A stretch of DNA of 33,178 nucleotides. Origin: a virus (Duplodnaviria > Caudoviricetes). Below the pieces are notes generated by a model. The model searched no databases. It saw only the letters and a program-made list of their open reading frames with translations, and was not told the DNA's origin. The position numbers and the translations under genes are program-made. The stretch is from positions 1 to 33,178 of IMG/VR virus record IMGVR_UViG_3300028498_000046; one strand, written 5' to 3'. Shown here piece by piece: positions 27,501 to 33,178 of the stretch (its first letter is position 1; every line of letters begins with the position of its first letter).

Positions 27501-28239
27501 GAAGGATAGCTCCTGAACAATTAGTTAGTTTGTTGCCGCCCAAAAAAAAGGGTGACAGGTTATTAACTACCGTGTTCAGACGGCGGGGCTTATTTCCCAC
27601 AAGGGGTCTTTTATTCGGCCCACTTAACCCGTCATAGATGTTCGCACCGATAGTATCGGCACTATATTTATGACTTGTCTGCAGTGCAGAAATATTCGTA
27701 TTTATGTCATTGGTAAATCGCTGATAGTTAGTCAGACAAATTTTGGACATAAAAATAGCCAGGGAATGACGGCTTGGCTTTGCCGCTGAACAATTAGTAG
27801 TGAGGCTATGATAACGCTTGTTATCGTAGCTTGTAAAGCTCTTAATGTTAATTAACGTTTGAGCTAGTTCGCATGTGGTCAATAACATTAACAGACCACG
27901 CTTGCCAGCCCATGTGTGACTATGCGCTTCGTTATGGCCTTTTAAATTAGGTCTAGTATGATTACACTCATGGCTTGATGCCTCCATTTCAGGCAGTAAT
28001 ATAAGCCCATCCATCATTTCACTTACTACGCTTCCCAGCTCACTATTAGCAAGTAGGGCCGTCCTTACAGCAACTATTACACCCTTGCTTGCGTCATCAT
28101 CGGCATTGATAGTGTTAAGCGCCATTGCTAGGCTTTCAGCGTCGTTTGATAGGTCTTGTATGTGGTCATTAATGACAGATAAATAATAGCTATCGACTGC
28201 TACGAGCCGCGGTTCTAAAACTTCATTGTTATTTTTCAC
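27493..28239 (-). CDS. Hypothetical helical N-terminus fused to an Ash/Icd-like region
   Basis: C-terminal half SAAKPS...AIFMS...IYDGLSG...PRRL..VVNNLSP is Ash-like. GTG 28239 has a GGAGG RBS. May be two genes joined in frame. Confidence 0.55.
   Translation of the reverse strand: MKNNNEVLEPRLVAVDSYYLSVINDHIQDLSNDAESLAMALNTINADDDASKGVIVAVRTALLANSELGSVVSEMMDGLILLPEMEASSHECNHTRPNLKGHNEAHSHTWAGKRGLLMLLTTCELAQTLINIKSFTSYDNKRYHSLTTNCSAAKPSRHSLAIFMSKICLTNYQRFTNDINTNISALQTSHKYSADTIGANIYDGLSGPNKRPLVGNKPRRLNTVVNNLSPFFLGGNKLTNCSGAILHG
27545..27640 (-). ncRNA. C4/CI-like antisense RNA (limits approximate)
   Basis: Minus strand ...ATGACGGGTTAAGTGGG...CCGTCTGAACACGGTAGTTAATAACCTGTCA can pair end to end (TGACGGGTTA/TAACCTGTCA). 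Its CTGAACA segment is complementary to the flanking repeats. Confidence 0.55.
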
Positions 28240-28765
28240 TGTCACTACCTCCTGCAAGCTCTAGACTTGGCTGCATCTTTTCAAGCGTGTCATCAATGCT
28301 GCGCTGCAATTGCGGTTTAATCTGTTTGCCAGCAATATTTAGAAAGCGCCCAGCACTACTAAGGTTTAAAGTTACAGCGTTTATGTCTTTACATAGTTCA
28401 TCGAGCCGCTTGCTAAGCTTATGTTGATGATTTGCAACCTCATCAAAAGTTTGAATAACGAGCAAAGTAAACTCTGCACTAATCCACATTGCATAGCGAT
28501 AAACTAACTCTTTACAAACGTAAGTACCTTGTTTGCTCTTTGCATTACCGCCTTTAATTATCTTATATGCCTTGGTGCTGTTACCGTTCACCATATTTGG
28601 TGTTCGCTCTACTGCCTTAACCAACTTCCTTGTTTCGGCATTTCTCATAAAGCGATATGGTGCGTGCTTTTTCTGACCCCCACTCGCCCTATGAAAGTCA
28701 TTTAGACAATAAAGGCCGTCTTCTGTTATGCCTATTTTGTTGTTTAATACAGTCAGCATAATCAA
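28229..28765 (-). CDS. KilA-N domain protein (antirepressor-like)
   Basis: DGLYCLNDFHRASGG...P..FMR...QGTYVCKELVYRYAMWISAEF. Confidence 0.9.
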   Translation of the reverse strand: MIMLTVLNNKIGITEDGLYCLNDFHRASGGQKKHAPYRFMRNAETRKLVKAVERTPNMVNGNSTKAYKIIKGGNAKSKQGTYVCKELVYRYAMWISAEFTLLVIQTFDEVANHQHKLSKRLDELCKDINAVTLNLSSAGRFLNIAGKQIKPQLQRSIDDTLEKMQPSLELAGGSDSEK

Positions 28766-28986
28766 GCCTCCTCAACCCAATATTCACTAAATGATTTGCC
28801 GTTACGAGTTACCATCTTGCTTTGTACGGATAGTCCAGCTTTTCTTAGATCATGAATACGCTGTGCTAAGCACGTTATGTTGTAGAGCTTATACGCCTGC
28901 CAAGTATCGATAACATTACCTGCCAGCATGTGCGCCTTGATGGTGTCGTTTTGAGATTTAATTGGTGTGTGCCGTGGAGTAGTCAT
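28762..28986 (-). CDS. Small winged HTH protein
   Basis: SQNDTIKAHMLAGNVIDTWQA...CLAQRIHDLRKAG...SEYW. Confidence 0.8.
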   Translation of the reverse strand: MTTPRHTPIKSQNDTIKAHMLAGNVIDTWQAYKLYNITCLAQRIHDLRKAGLSVQSKMVTRNGKSFSEYWVEEA

Positions 28987-28988
28987 CG

Positions 28989-29249
28989 CTATGCTCCTTG
29001 TACTGGAGAGCTGTTAGCTTCATCAGTGGCAGTTGAGCCTTGATGATCTTTCAGCCACGACAATAGGTCAGCATTTCTAAATAATAGAATGCCGTGGATG
29101 TCGGTAGGTTTTGGGAATTTATCAGCTTTCCACCATCGGCGAAGGGTCTGGTGGTGAACACCAACGAGCTTGGCCGCGGCTTTGATACGCGTCTGCCCTT
29201 GAGGGTGAAGTTTTTCTGTAGTTTGAGTGTTATCTGATATATGCAGCAT
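28989..29249 (-). CDS. alpA: AlpA-family regulator / recombination directionality factor
   Basis: RIKAAAKLVGVHHQTLRRWWKADKFPKP...FRNADLLSWL; canonical position after the integrase and regulator. Confidence 0.8.
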   Translation of the reverse strand: MLHISDNTQTTEKLHPQGQTRIKAAAKLVGVHHQTLRRWWKADKFPKPTDIHGILLFRNADLLSWLKDHQGSTATDEANSSPVQGA

Positions 29250-29323
29250 GTCGCTAACTCCTAATTCATGCCATTAGTTAATTGGCGTTGACTTGAGTTA
29301 GCAATGTTAGCTTTTGATATTAG

Positions 29324-29375
29324 GGTCATATAAGGTCATATGACGGTCACATGACCCTTAAACTTTGATATGACC
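29324..29375. promoter_or_regulatory. Putative operator repeats upstream of alpA
   Basis: GGTCAT/ATGACC units at 29324, 29334, 29345 (GGTCAC), 29351 and 29370, in direct and inverted orientation. Confidence 0.6.
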
Positions 29376-30953
29376 CTACTTCTTGCTGCAATTAATTTTT
29401 GCTTGATTGGCTCTTTTAAGCCAGTCTGCTACGAAGTTTTTAGTTACTGGTGTGCCATGAACTTGTGAGGCATTAACTATTAAATCATTAGCTAACCCTT
29501 TGCCCATAGGTGGAGATAAGTCGTAATTATTTTCTTGTAGAATAGCGTAAAGCATACAAGCTACTTTAGTTTGTGAGTTATAGGCTAACTCTTTGTCGTC
29601 ATCACTTGGCTGGCTTGTCTTAGCTGCTTCTATTGCAAAATGGGCGTTATTCAACTGCTTATTGAGGTCATTATTTGCAGCGGTAAGCTGTGCTATCTGT
29701 GCTGTTAGTTGCCTAACCTGTGCTACTGGGTCGACTGGTATGTTGTCATTAAAGCCTTCGTAAATATAGTTATTACGTGCCAGCCATACCTTGACCTGTT
29801 GAGCGTCAATATTTCGAGCGTCAACATTATCCGCCTCGCTAGAAAATACTAGATTGCCTGATCTCATCTCCTCATCTATCCAATGCAAATATGAAATAAA
29901 CTCATGGTCACTACTGCTAGAGTTTGGTGGATAGTTGAGGATAAGACAAATTATTTGATTAAGTGTAAATATATCATAAGTGATTAATAGCTTTTGATGT
30001 TTGCCTAAATCCGTATGCAACGTGTTGTCCTTTGGGTGTTTTGGTAGGCAAACCCTCTCTATAGGAGTTACGCTATTAATGGCTTCCGAACTATCGCTTT
30101 TAATAGTTGGCTGTACAATATTTTCTTGAACGTCTATTAACTGCTGGCTTAAATAAGTTATATTATTTTTACTTAAAGGTTTTATTGCTGGTACAGCTAA
30201 ACCTTGATTATGACCTTCAATAGTGAAACCATTTTCATACAAATAACGCTGTATGTATTTATTGCTGAATAGTTCGTCTTCTATATCGCTTTTTAAGCTA
30301 CCGCTTTCATACTCTTCTTGTAAGAAGTTTCTGCAGCTCCAAAACTCTTCAGAACAGCAACTGTAATCAGCATGGCCTTCTATATTATGAATGTGGCAAT
30401 AACACTCGCTGCTCATCATACAAGCAATCTCATCAAGATTAAGCTTGTTTTGAGTTCGGATTGCCTTGAAGCAATAACAAGACTCTCTTCTTTCCTCATT
30501 TCGATATCTTATTAGTTCGTGATTCCTATAACCGTATAATTCGACAATATCTTTTTGATATTCTTCTCCAGATAGACTCAAACCTAACTCTTTAATGTAA
30601 GAGATTTCTAGCAAGTCAGATTTTTTCAACAGACATTCTCTGTAGTGTTCTTCTATAGCTTTTTGAGGCAATCTGTTTATATTTGACGATTCGTCATAAT
30701 CATCAAAAAAATTATCACTAATTAGATCCTCAAGCATACCTTCTAGAAATTTTTTATCTTCTAATTTTTTAATTCTAAAGGCGTTATCTATGGAATAGAT
30801 ATTAATACTTTGATTAAAATTTTGATTCAATAAAAGAGTGGCTGTTTCCTTATAGCCAGCTCCAGTATGTAACATTAACAAATCAACAAAATACTTATAT
30901 TCAACATATTCATCGTTAAGTTTTTTAATAGTTGAGCTCATCACCTCAAACAT
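29376..30953 (-). CDS. Hypothetical protein, putative regulator with coiled coil and C-terminal HTH-like segment
   Basis: 525 aa, AT-rich. Internal repeat (LDEIACMMS.../LNQIICLIL...), coiled coil, C-terminal VTKNFVADWLKRA; lies between int and alpA. Confidence 0.75.
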   Translation of the reverse strand: MFEVMSSTIKKLNDEYVEYKYFVDLLMLHTGAGYKETATLLLNQNFNQSINIYSIDNAFRIKKLEDKKFLEGMLEDLISDNFFDDYDESSNINRLPQKAIEEHYRECLLKKSDLLEISYIKELGLSLSGEEYQKDIVELYGYRNHELIRYRNEERRESCYCFKAIRTQNKLNLDEIACMMSSECYCHIHNIEGHADYSCCSEEFWSCRNFLQEEYESGSLKSDIEDELFSNKYIQRYLYENGFTIEGHNQGLAVPAIKPLSKNNITYLSQQLIDVQENIVQPTIKSDSSEAINSVTPIERVCLPKHPKDNTLHTDLGKHQKLLITYDIFTLNQIICLILNYPPNSSSSDHEFISYLHWIDEEMRSGNLVFSSEADNVDARNIDAQQVKVWLARNNYIYEGFNDNIPVDPVAQVRQLTAQIAQLTAANNDLNKQLNNAHFAIEAAKTSQPSDDDKELAYNSQTKVACMLYAILQENNYDLSPPMGKGLANDLIVNASQVHGTPVTKNFVADWLKRANQAKINCSKK

Positions 30954-31069
30954 ATTTACACCCCTACACCCTTAAGTAAAAATAGGAGCAAGGCAGTGAC
31001 AGTTTAAGGGTGTAAATACCTGTCGTTCGGGAGCAACCCCTAGCCTTGCAAAGCATTTAAAGCATGATA

Positions 31070-32404
31070 TTAACCATGCTTTTGTGTCTGTTGTTTAAAG
31101 CTGGCATGAATGACATTATCAAACTTGCCTGCCTTAATATCATCTAAATAGTTCGCCCATTCATTCATCATGCGCGTTCGTTCAGGTATGGCTTGCATAC
31201 GGTTATATGCCTTACCGTACTTGTTAAGCATTTGGTGCCCTAGCTGTATCTCTGTTAGTAGCTCGTCATAGCCTAATCGTTCCATCAGCATAGTTTTGGC
31301 GCTGGCACGAAAGCCGTGGGGCGTGTGCACCTCTTTATAGCCCCTACCTTCGTAATTGTTGCCAATGCCGCCGCTATTCATAGATGGGTCGTTCAATATC
31401 TTATTTACTAACTGTGGGTCTTGATAAGGGCCTTTCTTACGTTTGGGATTGTGGAATACATAATCATGGCCGCCCGTTAATGACTGCATCTGTTCGATGA
31501 CTGCTATTGCTTGCGGTGCCAGTGGTACAACCAAGCTTTCTACCATGTCCTCACGGCGCTGTCCTTTTTGAGGCTTAAATGCCCATTGCTTAGCGTTTAG
31601 GTCAATATCTGTCCACCTCATCGCGCATATATCACCTACACGCGCAAAGGTAAGCGTTAATAGCTTTAATATTGGTTTGTTGTACACATGCTTATCACTT
31701 AGCCCGTCGATGTCTCTTAACAGGACAGCAAAGTCTTTAGGGTCTGTTAACGAAGCGTGATGCTTTGTCCTAGTGGGCTTCAATGCTTTAGCGCCTGATA
31801 ACTGCGTTACCGGGTTATATTCAATGAGCCCCTTTAAAACAGCATGCGCAAATATTCGCTGCGCCATGTGCTTAACACGATTCCCTTTATGAACATATTC
31901 TCTTTGTATGTCACGACATAAAGCTAGAACTTGCTGAGTAGTGATCTCGCTAACCGGCAGCTTCCCAAAGGCGTCTGTTAGCGGTCTAAGGTAATTGTGG
32001 ACGTTTCTTAAAGTGCTAGTTGCTGGCTGGTGGTCAGGGTTGTTAGTCAACTCATTTAACCAATCATCAGCAACTGCTTGAAATGTATTGTTGATAGCAG
32101 CGGCTTGTTTTGTTCGCTCATTATCGCGCTGAGTTATGGGGTCCAACATCTGAGCAAGCATGCTCATATTATCGTTGTGCATTCGTCTTGCCTGCTCAAG
32201 TGTCAATGCAGGATATTGTCCTAGCGTCATTTCCTTACGCTTACCTGTCATTGGGTGCGTGTAACGATGCTGAAACTCAATGCAACCACCCCTCATGCGC
32301 AACCTTAAACCTTGATACCCACCAATAGTGTGATAGACACGCTTTTGACCATGTGCCTCTTTTATGGCTCTTTTAATTTGAGTATCAGTTGTTAATGCTG
32401 CCAT
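31070..32404 (-). CDS. int: Tyrosine integrase, P4-like with Arm-DNA-binding domain
   Basis: GLRLR...TLGQYPALTLEQAR N-terminus; catalytic ARVGD, HGFR, LGH, AYNR motifs. Confidence 0.95.
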   Translation of the reverse strand: MAALTTDTQIKRAIKEAHGQKRVYHTIGGYQGLRLRMRGGCIEFQHRYTHPMTGKRKEMTLGQYPALTLEQARRMHNDNMSMLAQMLDPITQRDNERTKQAAAINNTFQAVADDWLNELTNNPDHQPATSTLRNVHNYLRPLTDAFGKLPVSEITTQQVLALCRDIQREYVHKGNRVKHMAQRIFAHAVLKGLIEYNPVTQLSGAKALKPTRTKHHASLTDPKDFAVLLRDIDGLSDKHVYNKPILKLLTLTFARVGDICAMRWTDIDLNAKQWAFKPQKGQRREDMVESLVVPLAPQAIAVIEQMQSLTGGHDYVFHNPKRKKGPYQDPQLVNKILNDPSMNSGGIGNNYEGRGYKEVHTPHGFRASAKTMLMERLGYDELLTEIQLGHQMLNKYGKAYNRMQAIPERTRMMNEWANYLDDIKAGKFDNVIHASFKQQTQKHG

Positions 32405-32444
32405 GACCGCGCACTCCTATCACTTACTTATGACGTTAAGAAAC

Positions 32445-32488
32445 TGACCACCAATCTGACCACCATTTATGTAACTAATTGGTGGTCA
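32445..32488 (+). repeat. Putative integrase arm-type binding sites (right end)
   Basis: TGACCACCA at 32445 and 32457; inverted TGGTGGTCA at 32480. Confidence 0.75.
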
Positions 32489-32586
32489 TTAATGATAATC
32501 AAGGATAACACACGTTAGCATTAGAATCATATAAATAAAGGGTTTAAGCTAACAAAGGTTAACATGAGATAACATGATAAAGACCC

Positions 32587-32609
32587 CCTCTGTGGGCCTT
32601 TTTTTGCTT
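32587..32609 (+). repeat. Right attachment core (direct repeat)
   Basis: CCTCTGTGGGCCTTTTTTTGCTT; only the 3' arm of the terminator hairpin is present here. Confidence 0.85.
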
Positions 32610-32669
32610 ACATTTTGCTAAAACCAAATATCGTTAAACGATGCAAAATAATGAGTATGGATATTACGC

Positions 32670-33178
32670 TTACTGCGTTTGCATGATTGCCTTAACGGTT
32701 TGCTGCGCCATCTGATAGCAGCTCTCAATATTACCTTTTGCACACCAATCACCACTGACGATCCATTGTTTGGTTTCATCAACCAAGATACCTAACTCTT
32801 TAGTATCCTGATTTAAGATGGTAGCGGCATAGCGCCAACGATGACAATCTGTTTGGCTAGGTGCGCTAGCTTCGTTCCAGTTTAATGCTTGTTTTGCCGC
32901 CTGTAATAACTGTTCTTTGACTATCTCTATATCATCATCGACGTGAGCTTCTGACCAGTCATTACCTGCATGAATAGTGATACTTGGTAGCAAAGCATCA
33001 TGAGCAGGTTTTTGATGCTCAATAAATATCCTATCAAGAACAGCGCTATTTAAATAAGCGACATCCCATTGTGGTGCTATCTGACTGTTTAATGTCTCAG
33101 GTAGCTTTTGAACATCATCCCAACCAAGCATCAGCGTATAGCAAGCTTGCATTTGCGGTTTAGTAATTTTGTCTTGTT
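32670..33178 (-). CDS. Host NAD(P)/FAD-dependent oxidoreductase (renalase-like), 3' part only
   Basis: HRWRYA and SGDWC..GNIE motifs; the frame runs off the window end. Confidence 0.8.
   Translation of the reverse strand, partial: QDKITKPQMQACYTLMLGWDDVQKLPETLNSQIAPQWDVAYLNSAVLDRIFIEHQKPAHDALLPSITIHAGNDWSEAHVDDDIEIVKEQLLQAAKQALNWNEASAPSQTDCHRWRYAATILNQDTKELGILVDETKQWIVSGDWCAKGNIESCYQMAQQTVKAIMQTQ

Larger units (their letters stand above)
44..32609. mobile_element. Integrated phage satellite / PICI-like element (~32.5 kb)
   Basis: Terminal direct repeats, integrase at one end, arm-type repeats at both ends, alpA, replication module and Q-like gene. No capsid, terminase, portal, tail or lysis genes recognised. 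Confidence 0.85.

Noticed and set aside
44-32609. Complete prophage or conjugative element (ICE)
   Set aside because: No recognisable capsid, portal, terminase, tail, holin/endolysin, relaxase or type IV secretion genes.

Overview
About 32.5 kb of this window (approx. 44-32609) is one integrated mobile element. It is bounded by a near-perfect 24/23-bp direct repeat in a terminator just downstream of what may be the 3' end of the SRP RNA gene, and is followed by a partial host FAD-dependent oxidoreductase gene. The host looks Moraxellaceae/Psychrobacter-like, which is an impression only. Reading the minus strand from the right end, the element carries: a P4-like tyrosine integrase, a 525-aa putative regulator, AlpA, an HTH protein, KilA-N, an Ash/Icd-like region with a C4/CI-type antisense module, a lambdoid replication module (initiator with iterons, DnaC-like loader, DnaB), and a Q-like antiterminator with a pR'/tR'-like signal. 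The late operon contains only three virion ejection-type proteins (243, 662 and 3314 aa, the last a polyvalent LPD1/metallopeptidase/ART/PLxRFG protein). No capsid, portal, terminase, tail or lysis genes are recognisable, so this looks like a phage satellite rather than a prophage. The accessory left arm has a nonsense-interrupted BstA-like gene, two Excalibur proteins, a lipoprotein, a low-GC three-gene putative defence operon and three extra Xis/AlpA-like genes. The most unusual feature is a ~2.2-kb mostly non-coding array (4880-7090) of about 30 short, mostly different imperfect palindromes. They resemble palindromes embedded in phage KilA-N/Rha/antirepressor-type genes, making this a candidate decoy or 'anti-' DNA site array. 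A second highlight is a likely overprinted 70-aa gene that exactly occupies an insertion in the ART domain of the giant protein. All family assignments come from motif recognition by eye, not database searches.
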